Of a stretch of DNA of 22,468 bases, positions 10,247 through 19,100 are shown in pieces; the stretch's first letter is position 1, and each line of letters begins with the position of its first letter. This stretch comes from an uncultured bacterium (GTDB lineage Bacteria > Hydrogenedentota > Hydrogenedentia > Hydrogenedentales > JAEUWI01). Below the pieces are notes generated by a model. It did not search any database. It had not been told where the DNA came from and saw only the letters and a list, made by a program, of their open reading frames with translations. The position numbers and the translations under genes are program-made. Location of the stretch: assembly GCA_963977445.1 (NCBI GenBank), contig CAXBPH010000095.1, forward strand, positions 1-22,468, in the 5' to 3' direction.

Positions 10247-10530
10247 GCGCGGGTGCCAGACACAAAAACGTTGCGATTTTACGGCGGTAGCTGGCAGGCA
10301 GGATGGTACTGTTTGTGATTTTCGCCGTTGCTATGGCAGAATGAACGCCATCGTGCCCGGTTTTCAATTCGACAAACGGGTCGGATTTATCTGGCCGGCA
10401 CCCTACGTTGGTATGAAGTCTATTGTGAGACAAGATCATCCTGGTTATGCGCACATTATTGAGTAACTGTCTTACCGCCAACGATTTAACGTCATTTATA
10501 CACCCCGCGCTTTGAAGAGGATAGTACCCA

Positions 10531-11112
10531 TTGAGCACCCTGAGTTTCTTAAAAGAGGTCTTTCGCGCCAATAAAAGCACGGGTGCCATTGCACCAAGCG
10601 GACGCCAGTTGGCGGATATGGTGACCGAAATGGCCCAGGTGTCTAAATCAAAAGTTATCGTTGAATATGGTCCTGGCACGGGGGTATTTACCGAGGCGAT
10701 TCTTGCTAAGAAACGGGAAGATGCCTACTTCATCGCCCTGGAGGTCAACGAAGAATTCGTTAAGGTGACCAAAGATCGCTTTCCCCAGGCACACGTCTAC
10801 CATGATTGCGCCCAGAATACCCGTAAATACCTGGAAGAGGCCGGCTACAGTGGTTGTGACACCATTGTTTCCGGTCTGCCGTGGACGCGCTTTGACGGTG
10901 CCCTTCAGGATGAAATTCTGGAGGCCACCTTCGATGTATTAGAACCGGGTGGTCGATTCGTTACCTTCGCCTACGCCATGAGCCCCTACGTGCCGTCCGG
11001 CCGAAAATTCTTCAAAGAGAAGCTCGTAGAGCGATTCGGCGAAGTAAAGCGCTCCGAACACATCTGGAAGAATATTCCGCCCTGCGTCGTCTTTATCGCT
11101 GAGAAGAAATAG
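10531..11112 (+). CDS. SAM-dependent methyltransferase, PmtA/OlsG-type phospholipid or ornithine-lipid N-methyltransferase family
   Basis: Motifs TGAIAPSG..LA, VEYGPGTGVFT (SAM motif I), IVSGLPW and L.PGGRFVTFAY. TTG start with GAGG upstream. Confidence 0.82.
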   Translation: MSTLSFLKEVFRANKSTGAIAPSGRQLADMVTEMAQVSKSKVIVEYGPGTGVFTEAILAKKREDAYFIALEVNEEFVKVTKDRFPQAHVYHDCAQNTRKYLEEAGYSGCDTIVSGLPWTRFDGALQDEILEATFDVLEPGGRFVTFAYAMSPYVPSGRKFFKEKLVERFGEVKRSEHIWKNIPPCVVFIAEKK

Positions 11113-11562
11113 CGGCTGTCGACGTAATATCCTGCGGAGCGGGGTAGGGTGCCCTGTTCGCCGGGAGCAATTTGGGGCGAATGTTACACATTCCAGGTTT
11201 TCACCGTCCGACGGATGGTCGACACGGAGAGGCATATGGTCAAGTCTCTGGACCTGTTTCGCTCTGCATGCCTGGTCGTTTAGTGACAAATAGCACTACC
11301 CACCTTCTGCCAACCGAAGCCATCACCGCTTCGTTGTATCATGGTCACGGTGCGATACCTCGCTGATGGTACCATGCTGCGGTTGCCGGTTATTGTGGCG
11401 GGGACTGGGCTGGGGTGGGCAACAGCATCCGGGGCAGTACTTCCGCTTTCCATCCCAAGTTTGTTACATTGGGGATCCGGCGGAATCGGTCCCCAGCAGC
11501 GATGTCGATACAGTATGAAGCAGAACGTCTAGACACCAACAAATACAACTCAGGATGTGCCC

Positions 11563-12264
11563 ATGCAATCGGAAGATCGCGTTATTCATTTTGGCGTCGA
11601 ACTCATACACAAGCCAACGCAGCATAAGAAAGAAGTACTTCAAAAGCTTTATTATGAATTGTCGCAAACGCGGAATGGCGGCTATGACAGCACCGATTTT
11701 ACCCGACCCATGCAGCCGCGCTTTTACTCTAAACGGGGAAAACGTTCCCAGTCGATAGCCCTTTTCCTGCCCGACCGGGTGCTTCTCGTAGAGGAGTGGG
11801 CCGACATACCCATGAGTGAATTTCTGGATCGGGTGGAGGCGGTAGCGAGTCGTGTCCTTGAGATGGAAGGTCTTGCGCCCTTTATGGCCCACACGGTCAC
11901 TATCCGCTCGACCTTTGCCCTGTCTCACTTCAGCGATGCCCGAATTTTCCTTCTGGAGGAGGTGTGTGATCAGGGGGGCAAGATCGGGCCCCACTTTCAA
12001 CGCCCCATTGCCGTGGGGGGACTGCGTTTCACCCTGCCCGAGACCGATGAATATCCCGGTAACGTTCAGCTTACGGTTGAGTCTTTTCGTCAGGCATTGA
12101 ACGAAGTCTATGTGGAAGCCAAGGGGATATTTACCCGGGAGAAGATAGCCCCTGGAGAAATTGGGAATGTGCTGGATCATGTGCGGGGAATTCGAAGTTT
12201 TATAACGGACCGCGTCTTTCCCTATTTGAACCAATATGATGTTGCGCCGGAGGTGGATGAATGA
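11563..12264 (+). CDS. Hypothetical protein, 233 aa
   Basis: Long ORF with protein-like composition. CAGGA lies 7 nt before ATG 11563. The stop overlaps the next start (ATGA at 12261-12264). Confidence 0.8.
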   Translation: MQSEDRVIHFGVELIHKPTQHKKEVLQKLYYELSQTRNGGYDSTDFTRPMQPRFYSKRGKRSQSIALFLPDRVLLVEEWADIPMSEFLDRVEAVASRVLEMEGLAPFMAHTVTIRSTFALSHFSDARIFLLEEVCDQGGKIGPHFQRPIAVGGLRFTLPETDEYPGNVQLTVESFRQALNEVYVEAKGIFTREKIAPGEIGNVLDHVRGIRSFITDRVFPYLNQYDVAPEVDE

Positions 12265-13700
12265 GCCACGCCCAGCTCCGTGTCTGGCCCGCGCTGGCAG
12301 GTTCGAAGATTTCCCCGACACTCTATGGGCATCAGTTGGAAATGGTGGGACGCAGCGTCTACGACGGCCTCTGGTCGGGGCGGGCTTCACACAGTCCCAA
12401 TGAAGACGGTATTCGGCTGGACATGCTGGCCCTTCTGAAACACCTCCGCGTGCCGTTGCTGAAATGGCCCGGTGACGCCTTTGCCGACTACTACCACTGG
12501 CAGGATGGTGTGGGTACCGGGGGGAACCGACCCCACCGGATGAATATTCCCTGGCAGCAGATAGAACCCAATAATTTTGGCCTCCACGAGTTCATGAATC
12601 TGTGTACGAAGCTGGAGTGCAAGCCCTGGGTTACGTGCAATGGCGCTACGGGCACGCTGGAAGAAGCGCTCGCCCTGGTGGAATATGCGACCTTTGGCGG
12701 GGAAACCAATCGGACGCGGGCCCGCGGCGACGACGGCAGTCTGGATCCCTACGAGATACCCTTCTGGAGCGCGAGCCGGGGCGGGGGATGGGATATAAAT
12801 GCCTTGACGGCCCTGGACTCCGAAATCAATGTGGTTCAGCCGATGGAGGCCGCGCTAGGTCGAAGCAATAGCGGAGGTGGCTTTGCGTGCCCCGATGTGG
12901 CGCTTAAATCCCCGAAGATACTATCGTTTCGGCATTTTTTTACCCACGGCCCCGGTCGGGGCTTTGGAAAAGAGGCCTACGACGACATGTGCGTCGGCCT
13001 TCAGGATTTTGGAGCCTTGCTTCGTCGGTATATCGCCCAACTCTCGGTGCTTTACGGTGACCGGGTACCTGCTATTTCCCTGCAGGAGTGGGGGATGTGG
13101 CACCCCGAGGCCACGGCCGAAAGTGGTTTGGAGCAGCCCAACACCCTGCGTGATGCCCTGCTCGCGGCTTCGGTGTATAATCTGCTCCATCAACATGCAG
13201 CCCACGTCAAGGTTGCTGTGCTTGCTCAGGCGGTTAATGCGTTGCAATGCCTTGCGGTGACCGAGGGGACGGCCATGTATTTAACCCCAAATTACCATGT
13301 GGTAGAAATGATGCGTCCCCATCGTGGCGGGCGTCTCCTGACCCATCGTCTGGAAAGTCCGGATATGGAAGCACGGGCCATGGCGGCGGGAAGCAAGAAG
13401 GTTTCCATGCCCGCACTAAGCGTGAGCGCCTCGCGGGCGGGTAAGCGGGTTTGCATTTCCGTCGTAAATCGCAGCTATTCCGAGCCCGTTTCCTTGTCGG
13501 TCGAGATGCGGGAAGGGGACATTGCGAGTCTTTCAGGACAACTCCTGCATGCGGATGCGGTGTCGGCAGAGAACAGCTTCGAAAACCCGAGGAATGTGAT
13601 ACCCAGCCGGCTGAATGTCACGCCCGACGGAAACACGTTTCATGACACCCTGCCACCCCACTCTTTTGCCGTTTACACGGTGGCCTTGGGTCAGGGATGA
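12261..13700 (+). CDS. GH51 alpha-L-arabinofuranosidase homologue, probably catalytically impaired
   Basis: ISPTLYGHQLE..GRSVYDGLW, KWPGDAFADYYHWQDGVG, EPNNFGLHEFM, QEWGMW, LEQPNTLRDAL, AQAVNALQ and a C-terminal AENSFENP..V.P...LPPHSF beta-sandwich. The canonical GNE motif is absent. Confidence 0.88.
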   Translation: MSHAQLRVWPALAGSKISPTLYGHQLEMVGRSVYDGLWSGRASHSPNEDGIRLDMLALLKHLRVPLLKWPGDAFADYYHWQDGVGTGGNRPHRMNIPWQQIEPNNFGLHEFMNLCTKLECKPWVTCNGATGTLEEALALVEYATFGGETNRTRARGDDGSLDPYEIPFWSASRGGGWDINALTALDSEINVVQPMEAALGRSNSGGGFACPDVALKSPKILSFRHFFTHGPGRGFGKEAYDDMCVGLQDFGALLRRYIAQLSVLYGDRVPAISLQEWGMWHPEATAESGLEQPNTLRDALLAASVYNLLHQHAAHVKVAVLAQAVNALQCLAVTEGTAMYLTPNYHVVEMMRPHRGGRLLTHRLESPDMEARAMAAGSKKVSMPALSVSASRAGKRVCISVVNRSYSEPVSLSVEMREGDIASLSGQLLHADAVSAENSFENPRNVIPSRLNVTPDGNTFHDTLPPHSFAVYTVALGQG

Positions 13701-13837
13701 TCCATGCACTTCTTGCGCTGCGGGAACGTGGAGCGTAATACGGAGCCATTGGCTGACCAGATTCTTCGGCGGCGGGAGGATTTTTGAGTCAGGTGCACAT
13801 TGAAAAGCCAATAATTTCAATTTGTGGCGTGACCAGT

Positions 13838-13867
13838 TTGACAAGATCTGCCGTCGTTTATTATAAT
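13838..13867 (+). promoter_or_regulatory. Sigma70-type promoter of tRNA-Cys
   Basis: Perfect TTGACA (13838-13843), an 18-bp spacer and perfect TATAAT (13862-13867), ending 16 nt before the tRNA. An AT-rich tract lies upstream. Confidence 0.85.
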
Positions 13868-13883
13868 TCGCTTCCCTTCTTGA

Positions 13884-13957
13884 GGCGGCATCGCCAAGTG
13901 GTAAGGCAGGGGCCTGCAAAGCCCTTATCCTCGGTTCGATTCCGAGTGCCGCCTCCA
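13884..13957 (+). tRNA. tRNA-Cys (GCA), 74 nt, CCA encoded
   Basis: Acceptor stem GGCGGCA/TGCCGCC; D arm GCC-AAGTGGTAA-GGC; anticodon arm GGGGC-CTGCAAA-GCCCT; T arm CTCGG-TTCGATT-CCGAG; U discriminator followed by CCA. Confidence 0.97.
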
Positions 13958-13969
13958 ATATAATATCGT

Positions 13970-14010
13970 ATGGCGACAAGCAATTGAGCTTGTCGCCATT
14001 TCTATTATTT
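13970..14010 (+). terminator. Intrinsic terminator after tRNA-Cys
   Basis: Perfect 12-bp stem ATGGCGACAAGC / GCTTGTCGCCAT with a 6-nt loop, followed by TTCTATTATTT. Confidence 0.85.
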
Positions 14011-14112
14011 GCGCCTTTTGCCTTCTAGGCGGCAGGTAGGCCAGTCCTCAGTCGAGACATGGGGGGTCTGAAGTTCAAGCGCGCGGCCAACGTATTTCAA
14101 CTACGCTGCACG

Positions 14113-14281
14113 GTGGCCTCTCGGACTGCTGTTACCTTTTGCCCAGCCTTTGCTGGCAGCGATGCGCAATGCTCAAACCCGGTGGCCACATATCTCCTCC
14201 CACCGTTGTCACCAGTTGCGGATTCTTCCGCAAAAAGGCAAGGTTTTATTGGTATTTGCTCCCGTAGAGTCCGGAGGCCAC
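14113..14281. repeat. Inverted-repeat-bounded 169-bp element upstream of the signalling cluster
   Basis: GTGGCCTCTCGGACT (14113-14127) pairs with AGTCCGGAGGCCAC (14268-14281), giving 14 bp with one bulge. Several internal hairpins are present. Confidence 0.55.
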
Positions 14282-14368
14282 TTGATTACCGGAAAGCATT
14301 GGCAGATAATGAAGTCGGTAGTGAATCGAGCAAAATTTTCCCGATAAAGTTTTTGAAAAGGGATTCTG

Positions 14369-15652
14369 ATGAACGGTATCTTTGGTACGTTATTCGACAC
14401 ATCGGATTTTCCCCAGCGCTGGTACTGTGGCAACTGGACGCCCTTTCACGGTTGGGTCCACGTTATCGCCGATGTCGCTATTTTTGGTGCCTATACCGCC
14501 ATCCCCCTGGTGCTCGTCTACTTTCTGTTGAAGAAGGGAGATATCAGCTTTCCAACCATTGGATGGCTTTTCAGCGTCTTTATCCTCGCATGCGGCGCGA
14601 GTCACCTCGTGGAAGCTTCTATCTTCTGGTGGCCGGCCTATCGGGTGGCCGGGGTTATGAAAGTTATCACCGCGTCGGTATCGTGGCTTACCGTGATTGC
14701 GTTAATTCGCATCGCACCACAAGCCCTTGAGTTGCCCGGTCTTGCCACATTAAACACCAGTCTCCGCACCGAGATTGAACGGCGTACCGATGTGGAAGCG
14801 GAGTTGTTGCGACACCGCGAGCTCCTGCAGGAGCAGGTTGACGCGCAGACCCATCAATTACGTGCAGCCAATGATTCACTGGAAAAAGAGGTTGCCGAAA
14901 GCAGGCGTGCGCAGATCGCCTTGGAGCAGAGTAATCAGGCGCTGGAGGATTTCGCCCATATTGCTTCCCATGATTTACAAGAGCCGCTCCGGAAAATACG
15001 GACTTTTGGTGCACGCCTTGAGAAGGCAGCAGAAGGCGCACTGAATGAGCGGGCGTTGGATGATCTGAGCCGCACCGTAGGGGCGGCGACCCGTATGCAG
15101 GCCATGATTGACGGGTTGCTCGACTATTCCCGTGTCTCTACCCAAAAGAAGCCTTTTGCGCAGGTGCGCCTGGACGACGTCATTGACGACGTATTGGAAA
15201 CCCTGGATACCCGGATCGAACAGACGAATGCCCGGATTATTCGGGAACCCTTACCCACAATTGCTGCCGATCCGCTTCAACTGAACCAGTTATTCCAAAA
15301 TCTGGTTGGCAATGCCCTGAAATTTAAAAAGCCGGAGACACGACCTGAAATTACGATATCACCAGCTCCGTCAGTGGGTGGTACGGTATGTATCCACGTT
15401 GCGGATAATGGTATTGGGATGGACCCCCGCCACGTTGCGAAATTATTCCAGCCTTTTACCCGATTGAATCCGCGGAGTGCCTTTGAGGGAAGCGGTATCG
15501 GGTTGAGTATTTGCAAAAAAATCGTTGAAAGACACCATGGCGATATCGGGGTTGAATGTGTCGAGGGCGGAGGATGCACGTTTATTGTGACGTTGCCTAC
15601 GGATGCTCGGGATGGCACGTCGTCATCGTTTGCAATGGCTGGCGAGGTGTAG
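14369..15652 (+). CDS. Sensor histidine kinase with an N-terminal ethylene-receptor-like (ETR1-type, 3-TM) domain, coiled coil, HisKA and HATPase domains, 427 aa
   Basis: IADVAIFGAYTAIP...FILACGASHL...KVITASVS matches the ETR1 ethylene-binding pattern. H-box ASHDLQEPLRKI (H201), N-box FQNLVGNALKF, G1 DNGIG, G2 GSGIGLSICKKIV. AAAAGGGA Shine-Dalgarno. Confidence 0.93.
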   Translation: MNGIFGTLFDTSDFPQRWYCGNWTPFHGWVHVIADVAIFGAYTAIPLVLVYFLLKKGDISFPTIGWLFSVFILACGASHLVEASIFWWPAYRVAGVMKVITASVSWLTVIALIRIAPQALELPGLATLNTSLRTEIERRTDVEAELLRHRELLQEQVDAQTHQLRAANDSLEKEVAESRRAQIALEQSNQALEDFAHIASHDLQEPLRKIRTFGARLEKAAEGALNERALDDLSRTVGAATRMQAMIDGLLDYSRVSTQKKPFAQVRLDDVIDDVLETLDTRIEQTNARIIREPLPTIAADPLQLNQLFQNLVGNALKFKKPETRPEITISPAPSVGGTVCIHVADNGIGMDPRHVAKLFQPFTRLNPRSAFEGSGIGLSICKKIVERHHGDIGVECVEGGGCTFIVTLPTDARDGTSSSFAMAGEV

Positions 15653-15653
15653 G

Positions 15654-16091
15654 ATGGCGAACAAAGTCAAATTCGTAATGGTGCTGGCTGAGGATGATCA
15701 GGATGATCAGTTGCTGGCAAGAGAGGCGTTGGCGGAAAGTGAATTGCCTCACGATTTGGTCACGGTAGACGATGGACAGGCGCTGATTGATTACCTTCAA
15801 AATGAGACGGAGAGTGACGAGAGCAAGCGCCCAGATCTTATTCTACTCGACCTGAATCTACCCCGTCTTGATGGTCGCCAGGTGTTGGAGATTCTCAAAG
15901 CCGATGAGGTCCTGCGACGTATTCCCGTCGTGGTACTGACAACCTCCAAAGCCGATGAAGACGTAGCGCGTTGCTATGATTTGGGTGTGGCCGGATTCAT
16001 AACGAAGCCGGTTTCTTTCGATGGGCTTGTTTCAATTCTCCAATCCATTGACCAGTACTGGTTCAAAATGGTGAAACTCCCTTCCGAGTAG
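15654..16091 (+). CDS. Single-domain response regulator, Rcp1-like, 145 aa
   Basis: LAEDDQDD, LILLDLNLPRLDG (phospho-Asp), VVVLTTS...DV..CY.LG and FITKP. ATG 15654 follows the kinase stop by 1 nt, with a GAGGTG Shine-Dalgarno. The track start at 15603 overlaps the kinase and is unlikely. Confidence 0.93.
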   Translation: MANKVKFVMVLAEDDQDDQLLAREALAESELPHDLVTVDDGQALIDYLQNETESDESKRPDLILLDLNLPRLDGRQVLEILKADEVLRRIPVVVLTTSKADEDVARCYDLGVAGFITKPVSFDGLVSILQSIDQYWFKMVKLPSE

Positions 16092-16115
16092 TGCAACACG
16101 AGAAATGGCGGCACC

Positions 16116-19100
16116 ATGTCGGTTTCAGAATCAGAAATACCTATTCGCGTGCTCCTGGTGGAGGATGACGAGGACGATTTTGTAGTTACGAGTGAATTAC
16201 TTCACGATGCAAAGACGGGCCTCTATGATATAACCTGGGCATCCTCCGCCGAAATGGGCCGCGAGATGCTGCGGGACGGACAATTCGATGTTGCAATTGT
16301 GGACTACCGTCTTGGTGCCATTGATGGGGTTGCATTTGTTCGTGAGGCCGCCGAGACGTATCCAGCGATACCTTTCATCATGTTGACTGGTCAGGACAAC
16401 TACCAGCTTGATATGGAGGCCCTGGCAGCCGGTGCGACAGACTACTTCGTCAAAGGTTCGTTTACGTCGGAAACCATCGATCGGGCGGTTCGCTACGGTT
16501 GGCGGGGCAAACGACTTGAAACACAACTGCGACGAGAACGAAATTTTGCATCAACCCTGCTCAATCACGTTGAAGCGGTTGTCATCGTCTTGGATTGCAA
16601 CGGGAAAATCCTGCGCATAAATCGGAAAGGTCTAGTCGTTACCGGACTTAGTGCGCCGCAGGCGATTGGCAGTGATTTTGTGGAATTGCTGGCCATGGCT
16701 GAAAAAAAGGCCGAAATTACCTCACTTTTTAACGACTTTGACGTTGCCCGGTTTCCCAATATGCATCGCAGTTATTGGAAAGCAGTGAATGGCACCAATC
16801 GGCTGATTGAATGGTCGAGCACGCTGGTTTCCGAAGAGCTCGGTAGCGATCCCCATATCGTGGTGACGGGCCTGGATGTTACGGAGCGGGCCCGAGACAA
16901 GGCCGAGCTTCGAAAATTGGCGCTCATCGCGAGCGAGACCGACAACACTGTAATTTTGACGGATAGCAAGGGTCTCATCGAGTGGACCAACCCAGGATTT
17001 ACGCGCCTCACGGGTTATGAGAGTGGGGAGGTGCTTGGTCAACGTCCCGGTGCGCTATTGCAAGGTCCTGCGACCGATCCGGCGACGGTGCTGCGAATTC
17101 GCGATGCGCTCGCGGAGAAGCGCGCAATTCGTGAAGAGATTTTGAACTATACGAAGGGTGGTGAGACTTACTGGACAGAAGTGCATATCCAGCCGATTTT
17201 CAATCGCAGCGGAGAGCTCGTCAAATTCTTCAGTATCAATACGGATATTACCGAAAAGAAACTACAAGACGAACGCATTCGGGAGTTGAACACGACGCTC
17301 GAAGAACGGGTACTTACCCGGACCCGTGAACTCGCCGCCACGCGAAAGTTTGTGGAGCACACCCTGGATTCCCTGCCCATTTACATCTGCGTGATTGATG
17401 CCACTGGAATGATCCTCCTGGTGAACGCCGCGTGGGAACGGTTTACTATCTCGGATCTTCTTACCAAGGGTGATCTCCATCTGGTGGGAAACCTGCTTCG
17501 TGCTCTTGAAAAGATTGGCAAGGGAGGGGACGCCACAAGTCTGGAGGCGTTTCGCCTTCTGGAGGAGGTGATTGCAGGCAGTCGGCCGACCTTCGAATTG
17601 GACTATAGTCGAAATTCGTCCGACTTGGAGGAGCATTTTAGGATACGGGCGAATCGATTTCTCGTGGACGATAACGTCCATGTCGTTGTGGCCTATGAAG
17701 ACGTTACGAGACGAAAGCAGGCCGAGATAGAGGCCGTTCGTGCAAAGCAGCAGGCGGAGGTGGCCAGTAAGGCAAAGAGCGCGTTTCTTGCCAATATGTC
17801 TCACGAAATACGGACGCCCATGAATGCGATTTTGGGATTTTCCCAGTTGTTGGAGAGTTCGAGTGAGCTGACGGGAGAGCAACTCAGTCATGTGCAGATA
17901 ATCAACCGAAGTGGCGAGCATCTCCTTTCGGTTATCAACAACATTCTGGATATGTCTAAGATTGAGGCCGGAAGTGTGACGTTGAACCTTTCGGAATTCG
18001 ATTTTCATGGGCTGCTCGAAGAGCTGGCTCGGGTGTTTCAAATGCGTACCGAATCAACCGGTATCGCATTTGAACTTGAGTGCGAGTCGAGCATTCCCAG
18101 GATAGTATTTGGCGATCAAGCCAAAATACGACAGATACTGTTTAATCTGTTGGGTAATGCCTTCAAATTTACCCAGCATGGTCGGATTATTCTGCGCGCG
18201 AGCGGAGAGGCCCGTGGGGCGACCCTGGTATGGCTCCTGATCGATGTTCAGGATACCGGATCTGGCATTGCGGCAGAGGATCTCGATCAGGTATTTGAGG
18301 CGTTTTCGCAAACGGTATCGGGGCGGAAAGTATCGGGTGGTACGGGACTAGGATTACCCATCAGCCGCCGATATGCTCAATTGATGGACGGTGACTTGAC
18401 CGTCAGGAGCAGTGAGGGCGACGGTAGTACGTTCCGTTTGATGGTGCCCGTTCGGGTGAGCAGTAGCTTAGGCATCGCTGCCGTTGAGCCGACCATTAGA
18501 CGGGTCGCTGGGCTGGCGGAAGGTACACCGACTATTGACATATTGATTGTCGATGACATGCAGAGCAACCTTGACCTGTTGCGCACCATCCTGGAGCGCG
18601 TTGGTTTCAGCGTTCGTGCCTGCAATGATGGTCGAACGGCGGTTCAGACTATTTTCGACGATCCGCCAGACATGGTATTTCTCGACATCGCTATGCCGGG
18701 AATGAACGGATACGACACGATTCGTGCCATTCGGGCAAACGAAGCGTGCAACGATATTCCGATCATTGCGGCAACCGCGGCCGTCTTTGAGGAAGAAAAG
18801 GAAAAAGTAATTGCTGCGGGGGGCGATGGATTTCTGCGAAAGCCCTTTGCAATTTCCGCAATTCTCGACGTAATTCGTGAGCAACTATCGGTGGAGTATC
18901 GGTATCAGGACGAAGAGTCGTCGATCGAGAGCCCCGTATTGGCCGCCGCGCCAAGTACGATACAGATTCCCGCAGATATCCTGTATGATTTGAAGGACGC
19001 AGCGGTCCGTTGTCACGGGGAACGGATCAATGAACTGCTGGAGTGGTTCACCGATAAGGACCCGGCTTTGGGTCACTCGCTGACAAAGTTGGCCGAAGAA

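Noticed and set aside
14011..14368. c-di-GMP-I or cobalamin riboswitch upstream of the signalling cluster
   Set aside because: The GCAAA and AGTCCGGAGGCC fragments are suggestive, but the diagnostic motif order and cores (for example the cobalamin AGGGAA and GCCACTG) are not present.
14369..15652. Bacteriophytochrome, suggested by the SHDLQEPLR H-box and the Rcp1 partner
   Set aside because: There is no PAS-GAF-PHY module; the input is a three-helix ETR1-type membrane domain.
16935..17261. Canonical LOV blue-light photoreceptor
   Set aside because: The GxNCRFLQ motif and its photoactive Cys are absent.
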